Shown: positions 19,506 to 29,890, counted from the stretch's first letter. The stretch is 64,000 bases of DNA from an uncultured virus (IMG/VR IMGVR_UViG_3300042868_013265) (IMGVR_UViG_3300042868_013265:1-64000); one strand, 5' to 3'. Numbers and translations are program-made. The notes: generated from the sequence alone by a model not told the origin.

Positions 19506-21158
19506 ATGGCAATTTTTGGTAATTGGACAGGATTTCCTATTGTTGGTTGGTCATATGATGACCAAGAGGCTTTAATAAAGGCAATTGCAGATTTTTCGGG
19601 CAATCGGGTTGATTGGGGCCAAAGGACTTATGACGAGGAAATTTCTACATACCGTCAAGATTTTTATGACTCAAGTTTTAAAAAGGTACTTTTTGATTTT
19701 GGTTTAAAATTTCAATTAGGAGGCTCAAAAGACAAATCTCGAATTATAACTACTGACAAACCACAGGGCATTTTTGATTTTTCGTTGGCCTCAAAAGGCT
19801 TGTACAGAGTTCCTGAGTATTATTCAGAAAAGTTGGCAACAGAAAAGCCTAATAGGTTTGCTGAATATGAAACCCTAAGTGGTATTGTGCCACCGAATTT
19901 TGTTCAGCAAAGGAATTTACTTGGTATTCGCCAATTTTATTTCATTGATGAGGATGGGAAGGAATACATATGCCAACAATATCAAAAAGGAACTGTTGCA
20001 ATCAAAGACAACGTTAAGGGTGCCAAATTAAAATTTGCAACCAATACTAAAAAAGTTTATTTGAAATTCAAAAGACAGGGCGGTAAAGTAAATTACGTTG
20101 AAATTTACTCTTTATTTTATTATACAAGTGTTGTCGGTAATGAGGGTTTTGCCTTACGACATCTACCTGCAATTATGGTTTGTGAATACTTTGAAAGTCT
20201 TGGTATTAAATGCCGTTTTTATCCGACTCGATTTGTTGTGTTCAGTTCAAACCATACAATCAGAGAAAAAGATTTGCTCACAGATGCAGAACTTCCGATG
20301 TATAAAATACGAAATTTACTTACAGAGAAGGCTGATTATTTAACTGTTCAACCATTTTTAGCAAAAGAATATGGCGAAGAATTTGACCCTGCAATAGCCT
20401 TGGCTATATCAAAAGAGTATTCGGGACAAATATATAGAAACGTAATTAAAGAGGCGCAAAGGCACGATTTGGTTGCGGACGCATATCCCACAGGAGGAAA
20501 TCCTGATTGGCAGGAAATTGATTATAGGGTGGGATTTGAGCGGTATAAAAATAAATATCAAGAGTATGTAAAAGCAGGTATTTTTAAAGGTAAAGAAGTA
20601 AAACCTGAGGCTCAAATTTTATTTCACTCGATGTCAATTAAGTACTATCAATATGAAATTTTTAATGAGGCCCAAAATATTTATAGATTAAATGAGATTG
20701 ATAGAATTATAGCGAAGTCTCAATATTATGGTAAATTTATCGAGTGGTGGATGAATTTTTGCGCAATGAAATTACGCGATTATATTCTTTTATTGAACAC
20801 AAAAGAACCGAGAAAAGAAATGGAGTATATCGCTAAAGAAATGAAAAACTTTTTGAGCGAATACGTTTATTACGTTAACAATAAAGCGGTAACAGATGAG
20901 GATAAACGATTTCGTGACCAAGCGATTTTCCGCTATATGGGTCCTATATGTTCACAAGAATATTTATCCTTAAACGAACAAGTTTCGGGTGTTGATATCA
21001 AAATAAATCCTGATATCAAAGGATATATTAGTAATTTGATTAATGATGTTGCGATTTATGCTGAAAATGAGCCATTCCCAACACCCGCAGAACAAATTGA
21101 AAAAATGGATGCATTGGCAGAGAATTTATATAATGAATTGGAAAGGGTAAACATATGA
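19506..21158 (+). CDS. Putative degenerate VWA-like partner of the AAA+ ATPase
   Basis: Immediately after the MoxR-type AAA+; AIMVCEYFESLGIKCRF segment; no intact MIDAS motif seen. Confidence 0.45.
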   Translation: MAIFGNWTGFPIVGWSYDDQEALIKAIADFSGNRVDWGQRTYDEEISTYRQDFYDSSFKKVLFDFGLKFQLGGSKDKSRIITTDKPQGIFDFSLASKGLYRVPEYYSEKLATEKPNRFAEYETLSGIVPPNFVQQRNLLGIRQFYFIDEDGKEYICQQYQKGTVAIKDNVKGAKLKFATNTKKVYLKFKRQGGKVNYVEIYSLFYYTSVVGNEGFALRHLPAIMVCEYFESLGIKCRFYPTRFVVFSSNHTIREKDLLTDAELPMYKIRNLLTEKADYLTVQPFLAKEYGEEFDPAIALAISKEYSGQIYRNVIKEAQRHDLVADAYPTGGNPDWQEIDYRVGFERYKNKYQEYVKAGIFKGKEVKPEAQILFHSMSIKYYQYEIFNEAQNIYRLNEIDRIIAKSQYYGKFIEWWMNFCAMKLRDYILLLNTKEPRKEMEYIAKEMKNFLSEYVYYVNNKAVTDEDKRFRDQAIFRYMGPICSQEYLSLNEQVSGVDIKINPDIKGYISNLINDVAIYAENEPFPTPAEQIEKMDALAENLYNELERVNI

Positions 21159-21466
21159 AAATAAGTCAAAATGCGTTTAAAACGCTACAAGAAATACTGA
21201 AAAACTTGCAAATTGCGAGCACGAATGGTGCTAAAGTATTGAACCTTTTGGTACTACAGAATCCAATTATCCCTGATACATTTTTCATTAAATATGATAT
21301 TGAATATATGTCAGGGGGTGACAGAAAATTTGAACCACGCTTGACCCAAATAACCGACTCAGGTGAGCCAATGGATATTAATGACCAATTCGACAATGTG
21401 TATCAGAGATACGCATTTTTAGGGGATTGTATCCCCGTTAATGTATCTGATTTAAAAATAAAATAA
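21155..21466 (+). CDS. Hypothetical protein
   Basis: Translationally coupled ORF. Confidence 0.6.
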   Translation: MKISQNAFKTLQEILKNLQIASTNGAKVLNLLVLQNPIIPDTFFIKYDIEYMSGGDRKFEPRLTQITDSGEPMDINDQFDNVYQRYAFLGDCIPVNVSDLKIK

Positions 21467-24375
21467 TGGCTAATCGGGATAAATATAATTTTACACAGAA
21501 AACAGACGATTGGGGCTCTATTTACTATCAGAATGTCCCATCATATAGCAATACAAGTATTGGAAGTACAGGAAATGCTTATTTAATAAGAAATTTCCTT
21601 AAAACTTTTTTTCCATTTTTGGATGTATCTGTTAACAAAACTTCAGGTGGCTCAGTCAGTGTCAAAATGCTGAATTATGAAGTGAAATTCAAGTTTACTG
21701 AAAATGGAGTAAATAAAGAATTTTTACTTAATCCAAGAGCGTTGGAGGATATTTTGGAACCACTATTCGAAGGTCAAGGATTCGATGGAATGACCGATTC
21801 AACATATTCAAAACCATTGCCTAAAATGTTGAATGATTTAGGTGATGATACGAGTTATGGATACAATTATCTTTTCATTGGAGCCAACAATCTTGATGGA
21901 ATATATGAGGTAGAGTTAAATGCTAATATTTCCGTATCAGCAGCGTACCCATTTATTGTTGGACGTAGCAATGGTAAAATGGTTGACAAATATATTAAAA
22001 TTCCTGAGAAAACTCAGGAGTATATAAGAAAAGTCGCTAATTCAATCAGCAGTTCACCGTCAACTCAAACCAATAAAAGTGATTTGGTCACTTTGGAAAA
22101 AGGGGATGCAAAATTATCATTGACGACTTTAGAACAAGAAATAATCGATTTTTTGGCAGAAAATAATTCGGGTGTGGAGTTGATTACAATTCGTAATTTT
22201 TTCTTAGCGAATAAAAATTATGTAGACAGTGATGTTAATCGTGCGATAAGTAATTTGCTTCAAAAAGACTTAGTCGATAATAACCAAGTTAGTAATGTGG
22301 GATTACTGTATTATGTCACCACAAAAGGTTTGGATTATGTGAGTAATCCCGCTGTACAAATATTAGTGGAGGAGGCTACCCGAAATTTAACTGAAGACGA
22401 AGAAGATATTTTAAAATTATTAAATCGAGGCCCATCACTTACTCTAAACCAACTTTACCAATTTTTAACAATACCTGACCTACGAATAAATGATGGTGTA
22501 AAAGAGTTATTAAAAGATAATTTTATAGCATTTGTAGACCCCACAAAAAAAAGACTCAAATATGAAATCACTCAAAAGGGTAAAAATGCCCTTCTGAATA
22601 CATCGGCTTCACCCGCTGTACAAGCAGTAGTGGAAGAGGCCACACCCGTATCAAAGCCTATTCCAATGGCTACAGAAGGAGAAATGGCGAGTTTTAAATT
22701 TATAAGTCAAAACATCGACACGTTAAAGGATATGGAAAATAATGACCCTGAGTTGTTCGATGCGCTGAGTCAAGGTATTAGATTGTTGCAAAAATTGACG
22801 GCAAATACGACGGGAGAACTTTTACCTTTCACACCTACAGGAGACCAAGAAAAAATTGAATCCGCTTTAATGGATGATGATTTTGATTTGAATGAAGCAG
22901 ACTTGGCAGAAATTGACTTGTCAGGAATTGAAGAAGATTTAGAACTAAGTGATGATGAATTAGCCTTTACAGACCTTGGTGAATTCGAGGAGTTAAAAGA
23001 TTTTGTAGAAAATGAATTAATGCCGAGTAAACCCCTGACACCTGAATTATATTCAGTTTTAACTGCAGTTGTAGTAGCAGGTATTGGCAAAGGTGATGAA
23101 GCCACAAAAAAAGACATTTTTGATTTAGCATCAAAGGAAAGGTCAAAAGGTTATCGAATTGACAATGCAGGCTTGAAACCCGAAGAAAACCAAATTAATA
23201 ATTTGACTTGGGATTTATTCACGTTGGAGGAACAGGGATATGTAAATAGAAAGGCTGATAAAACTTTTGGTACAGTTTACTACAGTGTCACAGATAAGGG
23301 TGGTGAAGCAATATTGAAGTATCCTGAAGAACAAAAACAAGTATCAAACGCACCTTTTGACATCGAAAATTTGAGTGCTCTTGAAAAAAATATTTTGCTC
23401 ATTTTGGATAAGCCACCCGCTGCAGAAAAAGGAACATTGTATAATGAAATGACCCTATCTGAAATTTGGGCAGAAGTGGATGAGACAATAGCGTCTCAAT
23501 ATAGTAGAGATTTGGTTGAAATTGCATTACATAATCTCATCGACTATCAATTAGTTAATGAATTAAATCGTGTACCTGTAGAATACAGAAATTTTGATGA
23601 TGCAAGGACAAATTCAACTATATCGGAATTAAAAAAGAAACCCACAACTTTAACTCCGACAACATTAAAAATACTTCGAATTTTATACCGTTTTACAGGT
23701 AAATTATCCGCTGATAATATTAAAGATGATTTATCATTTGAAAATGTTGCATTTCCTCATAAGGCAGTATTTAATCGTTTAATTGAATTGCGAGATATGG
23801 GATTAGTTGAAGAAACTAATACATCTTATGGAGGAATCGTGTGGCAAATTACACAGGCAGGAAATGAATATATCGATAAACTCCCAAAAGAAAAAACAGT
23901 AAATCAAATTAGGGAAGAGGAAAAACAACAGAAAGCCAAAAAAACAGGCGATGGACTTGATTACGAATATTACTTGATAGCCAAGATTTTAAATGACGAT
24001 ACAGGATATCTCACTGCAGGAAGTGTAACAACAATTCTTCAACAGCAATTCAACAAAACCCCAAAGTGGGATGAAAAGGAAATATTACTAAAACTTCAGG
24101 TTTTAGCGGCTTTAGGAGTGGTTGCATCATACATTCAGAACTCGGTTCCCTATTTTGAAATTAATGAATTAGGAGAAGACGTTGTAAAGTATTTAACTGA
24201 AAAAGATAATCAAGGTTTATTTAGTGCTACAGAAACGAAAGTTTCCTCACGACCATCTCCAACGGACAGTGCCACGATGTACAATGTAGGAACTATAAAA
24301 GTAGGTAATGACGGTAACAATTGGCAGATAAAAGAAAGTAAAACAGGTGTCAAGCGTTGGGTAAAAATGAAATAA
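21466..24375 (+). CDS. Multidomain protein: LPD29-like N-terminus, six winged-helix-like repeats, short C-terminal GNDG domain
   Basis: RNFLKTFFP...FEGQGFDGMTD; repeated L[TS]xxExxIL...L...LV...Y.[VI]TxKG units; C-terminal RPSP...GNDGNNW...GVKRW. Confidence 0.65.
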   Translation: MANRDKYNFTQKTDDWGSIYYQNVPSYSNTSIGSTGNAYLIRNFLKTFFPFLDVSVNKTSGGSVSVKMLNYEVKFKFTENGVNKEFLLNPRALEDILEPLFEGQGFDGMTDSTYSKPLPKMLNDLGDDTSYGYNYLFIGANNLDGIYEVELNANISVSAAYPFIVGRSNGKMVDKYIKIPEKTQEYIRKVANSISSSPSTQTNKSDLVTLEKGDAKLSLTTLEQEIIDFLAENNSGVELITIRNFFLANKNYVDSDVNRAISNLLQKDLVDNNQVSNVGLLYYVTTKGLDYVSNPAVQILVEEATRNLTEDEEDILKLLNRGPSLTLNQLYQFLTIPDLRINDGVKELLKDNFIAFVDPTKKRLKYEITQKGKNALLNTSASPAVQAVVEEATPVSKPIPMATEGEMASFKFISQNIDTLKDMENNDPELFDALSQGIRLLQKLTANTTGELLPFTPTGDQEKIESALMDDDFDLNEADLAEIDLSGIEEDLELSDDELAFTDLGEFEELKDFVENELMPSKPLTPELYSVLTAVVVAGIGKGDEATKKDIFDLASKERSKGYRIDNAGLKPEENQINNLTWDLFTLEEQGYVNRKADKTFGTVYYSVTDKGGEAILKYPEEQKQVSNAPFDIENLSALEKNILLILDKPPAAEKGTLYNEMTLSEIWAEVDETIASQYSRDLVEIALHNLIDYQLVNELNRVPVEYRNFDDARTNSTISELKKKPTTLTPTTLKILRILYRFTGKLSADNIKDDLSFENVAFPHKAVFNRLIELRDMGLVEETNTSYGGIVWQITQAGNEYIDKLPKEKTVNQIREEEKQQKAKKTGDGLDYEYYLIAKILNDDTGYLTAGSVTTILQQQFNKTPKWDEKEILLKLQVLAALGVVASYIQNSVPYFEINELGEDVVKYLTEKDNQGLFSATETKVSSRPSPTDSATMYNVGTIKVGNDGNNWQIKESKTGVKRWVKMK

Positions 24376-24394
24376 AAAATAAAGAAATACGAAT

Positions 24395-27300
24395 ATGAAT
24401 AATCAAGCAAAAATCAAACTTGAGAAGATAAAAAAACTGAAACTCCCTGAAAAAGTAAGGGCTACAGCAGACAAAATTGAAAAAGGTTTGTCAAGTGAAG
24501 ACGCGGCTACTCAAAAGAAGGCTGAAGATGCATTGAATAAACTTTATGAACAAATCAAAGCAGTTGCGGCTAAACAGCGCGAAGAAAAAACGGAAAAAGA
24601 AGTCAATGAAAAGACGATTGTTCCTCAAAACGCTGACATCGCGGCTCCTGAAGTTAAAAAAGAGTTAACAAAAAAAACCACGGTTGCAGATGAGATTATT
24701 GATAAGGCATTAAAAAACGACCCTGAACTTGCGGGATTTGGAAAATCAGATAAGCGCAGAGACGCGGGTCGTAAAGCACTTCCTGCGGGTAGACGTGTAT
24801 CTAAAAAAGGATGGAAAAATCAATATGGTAAATCTGATGGTGGACGTGTGTATTACGAAAACCGTGAAAACCGTAAAGACCGTAAAAGTCCTGCGTACAA
24901 AGCAGGATATCCTTTTTTGGCCAAAGGGGGTAAAATTCACCCTATGGATGACGAAGACGGAACTTTTTATGTAAACCTTTACAAAACTAAAGGAGACCAA
25001 ATTGTTTCAGTGGATGAGCGCGAATACAATTCTAAAGCATCGGCTATGACTTATGCGATGATGAAACGCGATTTTATGAAAGTTGGTGAAAGCATATTTG
25101 TTATGAATGATGACGGTGATGTGTTGTACACTTCAATCGGTACCAAAAAAATGGCTATGGGAGGCAAATTCCCTTATCAAAATGCTCAAGTGGGAGATAA
25201 TGCTCGAGTAATTCTTGACAATAAAATGGGAACTATTATGGTGGCTTATGGCCGTAGATTCCATTTGAAATTCCCTGATGGAACTGAAAAGACATATTCC
25301 GCTGAGGAATTGGAATTTTTTCCGACGGATGAAATGATGGCTGATGGTGGTAATATTGGAAATCCAACATTCGTAGTTAAAAACTTAGACGGAAAAGTTG
25401 TTTTGAAAACTAAAAGTTTAAATAAAGCATCGGATTATCACGGTTTACTCGGTAGGGATACTCATACGGTTGAAACTCTTGACGGCAGAATATTGAGTGG
25501 TTCAAGTGATGATATGGCCGATGGTGGAATGATGCCTAATAGTGGTAAAAAATATGATTATTCTGAGTATTTCGACTTTAATGCTAAAGGTAATTTTGCA
25601 TCTAATTTAAATGGTAAAAATTACGAAATAATTTATCGTGATGACAAATCTAAAATGTATGATTTGTTTGAAGATGGGAAAAAGATAAAAAGTAGTATGT
25701 ATGTTCTAAATTTAATGTTTTTTCCTGATGAGAGGAGGGAGTATTTTCAAGGTACTATGAGTGATGATGCTTTAAAAAGTATTTTAGATTATGAATATCC
25801 TAATAATAGTTTTTCTGTTGAGTATGATTCAATATCAGGGACAAAAATTTATGGAGCAAAATCCAACCTTTTAAAGGCACAAGCCAAACTCAAAGATATT
25901 TATAAAATGAAAACCACATTGATGGGTGAAAATCAAATAGGTAAGAATTATTTATCCGTTCCTTCACAATTTGTGTATTTTGCTAAAGGTGGTATGATGG
26001 CCAAAGGTGGCTATATGGCGAAAGACGAAAATTATGAGTATGTAAATACATTCAACTATTATGATAGCAATGTTCCTGTACCTCAGGATGATTTTGAAAA
26101 ATTGATTGATGCTTATCACAAAAAACTTTCAGGTGATAAACTTGATGAGGCCAAATACAATGTATTGAAAATTCAAATGGGTAACTATTTGGGCCATAAA
26201 ACAGTTGACAAAATGGAAGAATACATTGAAAAAACACACAATGCACACAAAATGGCAAAAGGTGGCTATGTTTCCAAAAGAGATGTTGAAGCAATCACTA
26301 TCATAAATCCAAATAAAAGTGATTCCGCAAAGAAATATTTGACATTTAAGAGTGGTGAATTCCTTAATGGATTAAATCAGTTTGAGAAAGGTGGAAAATT
26401 GATTGATAATTACACTTACATCAAGCGAGGTGATATTTTTGCTGTTTATTACAAGGACAAAACTAAAAAAGCCTATTTCCAAACTACGATGGAAGATAAA
26501 CCTAAAAATGGTTTTTGGGTCAGCAAAAAGGCTTTAATTAGAGAGGGTGGAAAAACGCCAAGTAAGTCAAGTGCAACTTTTGATGCTTACGAATCATATG
26601 ATGAATTATCCAAGTTGAATGGCAAAATTTGGGACAAATTAAAAATTGAAAGTGGCAGTCAAATTTATGCTTCGGACTCATTACAAAAGAAATTGGCTAT
26701 TGAGTATCCAAATTCAGGTATTGATGCCAAATTCAAAAGTTTGAAAGCCGCTCAAAGAAAAAAAGTTGCTGAAGTTATGACCGATGAAAACGAGCATAGT
26801 TTACGTAATTATTTGACACTACGAGGATACCTTGGACCAAAAGAATATGACAGTTATGAAAGAATATTTGACCCAAAAAGTCGGTATGTATTAAATCCTG
26901 ATAATTTCAAAAATTATACTGCTGATAAGGTGAAAGTTGGTTCAATTTTAACTACAAAAACAGGTACAAAAGTAAAGGTAGTTGAATACAATCCTCAATA
27001 CGGAGTGAAGGCTATACGAATGGATGCGACTGCAGCCGATAAGCCATCTCAATATATAGAATTGTCAAAATTTAAAGGATTTGAAAAAATGGCTGATGGA
27101 GGTTCTATTGGTTTTGAGGCACTTTCCAAAAAAGTTGCATCGAGGTATGCGGGCAAAAATGTAAAGCCTAAATATCAAAAAGAATATGGAAAGACCTATG
27201 ACAAGGCTGAAGCAAAAGAAGTCGGTGACAAAGTAGCGGCAAAAGTGTACCGTATGCAGCAAGGTAAAATGGCCTCAGGTGGTAAAATTGAATTGCCTCA

Positions 27301-27679
27301 TCAATTGGACAAATACTTTACAAAGCCCGCAGGTACAATCGAAGTTGAAATGAGTAAATTAATTCCGATTCGTGCACGAAAAAGCGGTATTGAGAATGCA
27401 GAAGTGTATATGAAAAAGGCTTACGATGGCGAAATGTCGAAGCGTAAACCTATTGAAATTTACAAGACGCGCAATAAAAAGTATCGCGTGAACGATGGAA
27501 ATAGCACTTTTGCCGTTGCTAAAAAGAATGGTTGGGAAACGATTTATGCTACCGTAGTTTCCAATCCAAACGTCACAAAACGCGCGGAAAAAAGTACATT
27601 TACAATAGCAAAAGAAATAAGAAAAGCAGGTGAAAGTTGGTCGGATGCAGTTAAAAGAGTAAAGGAAAACAGAAAATGA
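24395..27679 (+). CDS. Large polyvalent/polyprotein-like protein with a C-terminal ParB/Srx-like domain
   Basis: Ten [MFL]-[AE]-x-GG linkers; C-terminal KPIEI...YRVNDGNST...AKKNGWETIYATV. Confidence 0.65.
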   Translation: MNNQAKIKLEKIKKLKLPEKVRATADKIEKGLSSEDAATQKKAEDALNKLYEQIKAVAAKQREEKTEKEVNEKTIVPQNADIAAPEVKKELTKKTTVADEIIDKALKNDPELAGFGKSDKRRDAGRKALPAGRRVSKKGWKNQYGKSDGGRVYYENRENRKDRKSPAYKAGYPFLAKGGKIHPMDDEDGTFYVNLYKTKGDQIVSVDEREYNSKASAMTYAMMKRDFMKVGESIFVMNDDGDVLYTSIGTKKMAMGGKFPYQNAQVGDNARVILDNKMGTIMVAYGRRFHLKFPDGTEKTYSAEELEFFPTDEMMADGGNIGNPTFVVKNLDGKVVLKTKSLNKASDYHGLLGRDTHTVETLDGRILSGSSDDMADGGMMPNSGKKYDYSEYFDFNAKGNFASNLNGKNYEIIYRDDKSKMYDLFEDGKKIKSSMYVLNLMFFPDERREYFQGTMSDDALKSILDYEYPNNSFSVEYDSISGTKIYGAKSNLLKAQAKLKDIYKMKTTLMGENQIGKNYLSVPSQFVYFAKGGMMAKGGYMAKDENYEYVNTFNYYDSNVPVPQDDFEKLIDAYHKKLSGDKLDEAKYNVLKIQMGNYLGHKTVDKMEEYIEKTHNAHKMAKGGYVSKRDVEAITIINPNKSDSAKKYLTFKSGEFLNGLNQFEKGGKLIDNYTYIKRGDIFAVYYKDKTKKAYFQTTMEDKPKNGFWVSKKALIREGGKTPSKSSATFDAYESYDELSKLNGKIWDKLKIESGSQIYASDSLQKKLAIEYPNSGIDAKFKSLKAAQRKKVAEVMTDENEHSLRNYLTLRGYLGPKEYDSYERIFDPKSRYVLNPDNFKNYTADKVKVGSILTTKTGTKVKVVEYNPQYGVKAIRMDATAADKPSQYIELSKFKGFEKMADGGSIGFEALSKKVASRYAGKNVKPKYQKEYGKTYDKAEAKEVGDKVAAKVYRMQQGKMASGGKIELPHQLDKYFTKPAGTIEVEMSKLIPIRARKSGIENAEVYMKKAYDGEMSKRKPIEIYKTRNKKYRVNDGNSTFAVAKKNGWETIYATVVSNPNVTKRAEKSTFTIAKEIRKAGESWSDAVKRVKENRK

Positions 27680-28791
27680 AACTATTAAAATTAACTAAAC
27701 AGGAAGTCGCAAAACTTCAAAAGCAATATAAATTTGGTTCTGATTTGACCAAACAGGATGTAGTTGTCAAAATTTTTAATCCATATGGTCGCGGCAGATG
27801 GTATTTGGTAAACCAAGACCCTGATGACCCTGATTATATTTGGGCAATCGTAGATATGGGAATGGGACCTGAGGTTGGCTCGGTAAGTTTAAGCGAACTA
27901 CAAAACTTTCGAATGCCTGTATATGGGTATAAATTTCCTTTGGAAAAGGACAGGTTTACACAACGGAACGCTGTTGAAGTGATTGAAGGATTACAGCGAG
28001 GAAACTATTTTGCAGATGGTGGTGAAATTAAGGTCAAAGTTGCATCCAAAGATATTTACAACAAAAATCACTACAGGGGTATTTTTCAAGATTCCGATAA
28101 GGATGGTGTTCCTGACATAGATGATTTGCAGCCTAAAAATCCCAAATTACAGGGTGAAGTTGAAGAGTTAAAGTTTTCTCAAGTCTTTGAACGATTGCTC
28201 AGAACAAAAAAGTCTTTGGACAAAATTATGAGGGCGGCCATCGCAGAACTTGAAGCAATTTCTCCCGCAGGAAGCACAATTTATGCAAGAACTAAAACTC
28301 CATACTCAATTGTCAATAAATTGATAAATAAAAAGTCTACAAGTCTTGAAAGGACGAAGTTAGGCGATGTCGAGGGTTTGACGGATTTAATTGGAACTAC
28401 GGTAGTTGTGAAAAGTTTGGATGACATTAATGATGTAGCAAAAGAATTGGATAAGGGAGTATTAGGTGAGATTTTGGAGAAAAAAGATTACTATGAAAAA
28501 CCAAAAGCGGGATATCGCGCGATTCACTACATTACAATTTTTGAGGGTGTCGCGATTGAAGTTCAATTAAAAACTTATCGTCAGAAAGAAATAAATGAGG
28601 CTTCGCACGAGGCTTATAAATATGAAAATCTTGAAGCGGACCGTTTATTGTATTTAACCAATTTGGCAAATGAGGCTGACAAAGGAAATAGAAAAGCACA
28701 ACTTGCAATTGACAAGATATTCCTTGATAAAAAAGCATTGAAGGAATCTTTGTACAAGGACAAAATCAGACGAAATAAATTACCTTCGTAA
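27676..28791 (+). CDS. DUF2958-like domain fused to a RelA/SpoT-type alarmone synthetase domain
   Basis: KIFNPYGRGRWY...EVGSVSLSEL; then RTKTPYSIVNK, DLIG, GYRAIH and EVQLKT. Confidence 0.8.
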   Translation: MKLLKLTKQEVAKLQKQYKFGSDLTKQDVVVKIFNPYGRGRWYLVNQDPDDPDYIWAIVDMGMGPEVGSVSLSELQNFRMPVYGYKFPLEKDRFTQRNAVEVIEGLQRGNYFADGGEIKVKVASKDIYNKNHYRGIFQDSDKDGVPDIDDLQPKNPKLQGEVEELKFSQVFERLLRTKKSLDKIMRAAIAELEAISPAGSTIYARTKTPYSIVNKLINKKSTSLERTKLGDVEGLTDLIGTTVVVKSLDDINDVAKELDKGVLGEILEKKDYYEKPKAGYRAIHYITIFEGVAIEVQLKTYRQKEINEASHEAYKYENLEADRLLYLTNLANEADKGNRKAQLAIDKIFLDKKALKESLYKDKIRRNKLPS

Positions 28792-28805
28792 TAAAATTTA
28801 CATAT

Positions 28806-29237
28806 ATGAAAAAAATAACAGTTATCCTTCAGGAGAAAAATGTGAAATTGAACAGTTTACCTGAGAACATTCAGACAGCAATTGAAAATTCAATTAATTT
28901 GTATGATGACATTCAGAATTTGGAAGCAACATTGACCGAAGAGTCAACTGATGAAGAAAAGGCTGAATTAGTCGAAATGAGAGAGACCCACGATGAATTT
29001 AATGAATCTATCGTAGGTGCTATTGAAAATTTTCAGAAAGAAACTGAGGCTAAGACAAAAGCCGAACAGAAAAACGACCAACCCCCAACTCCCCCACCTG
29101 CGCCAATAAACACACCCGCGCCAATTGGCGAAACTGATGAAAAGAAAAAAGGTTTTGGAATCGGAACCTTTATTCTCGGAGCGGCTGTATTGATTGCAAC
29201 AGCGGGTGCAGTTAATATGATGAGAAACAAAAACTAA
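28806..29237 (+). CDS. C-terminally anchored membrane protein
   Basis: Acidic coiled coil, Pro-rich linker, C-terminal TM helix. Confidence 0.7.
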   Translation: MKKITVILQEKNVKLNSLPENIQTAIENSINLYDDIQNLEATLTEESTDEEKAELVEMRETHDEFNESIVGAIENFQKETEAKTKAEQKNDQPPTPPPAPINTPAPIGETDEKKKGFGIGTFILGAAVLIATAGAVNMMRNKN

Positions 29238-29446
29238 TGGAAAAATTACCCCAACACTACTTTGCATTTAATCCACAATCCGTCCGTTGGATGGATATGG
29301 TATTTGTAGCACCAATAATGATTTATGCGGGTGTCAAGGGTGATTTTAAACCGTATGTTAAATTTTCTTTGATTGCTATTGGGTCTTTGACTTTTCTGTA
29401 CAACGGCATTAATTATGTAACCAATTTACAAAACGGAGAGAAATGA
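29237..29446 (+). CDS. Small two-TM membrane protein
   Basis: QSVRWMDMVFVAP...TFLYNGINY. Confidence 0.65.
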   Translation: MEKLPQHYFAFNPQSVRWMDMVFVAPIMIYAGVKGDFKPYVKFSLIAIGSLTFLYNGINYVTNLQNGEK

Positions 29447-29736
29447 GTTACCGTATTACGAGATACACTTTTGAACAGGCCAAAAAATTGGGGGTGACGG
29501 TGAAGCCGTCTACGGTCCAAGGCAAAAAAATTGATGTGTTCAAAAACGGAACTAAAGTCGCTTCGGTTGGAGCAGTTGGCTACAATGATTATCCGACATT
29601 TATGCGATTAGAGCGCGAAAGAAAAGTTCCCGAAGGAACAGCAAATTTGCGTAGGAAAGCATATAAAATCAGACATCAAAAAGACAGGACCGTCCGTGGA
29701 AGCAATGGATGGTACGCTGATAAACTATTATGGTAA
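29443..29736 (+). CDS. Basic viral protein (DUF5754-like)
   Basis: KKIDVFK...GAVGYNDY...RRKAYKIRH...YADKLLW. Confidence 0.65.
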   Translation: MSYRITRYTFEQAKKLGVTVKPSTVQGKKIDVFKNGTKVASVGAVGYNDYPTFMRLERERKVPEGTANLRRKAYKIRHQKDRTVRGSNGWYADKLLW

Positions 29737-29888
29737 TGGACAAGAAATTAAAAGTAGTAATCGTAGCATCAATAGGTATTGCCGCAGTTTTGATTGGAGT
29801 GTCTTTACTCTTTATTCAAAGGGGTATTGACCGAAAAGCAATTACAGAGGAAGACCGAAATGTTTTAAGACAAATTAGAATTTCGTAA
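29736..29888 (+). CDS. Small membrane protein (50 aa, not in ORF track)
   Basis: MDKKLKVVIVASIGIAAVLIGVSLLFIQRG...; TAATG coupling. Confidence 0.6.
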   Translation: MDKKLKVVIVASIGIAAVLIGVSLLFIQRGIDRKAITEEDRNVLRQIRIS

Positions 29889-29890
29889 TT

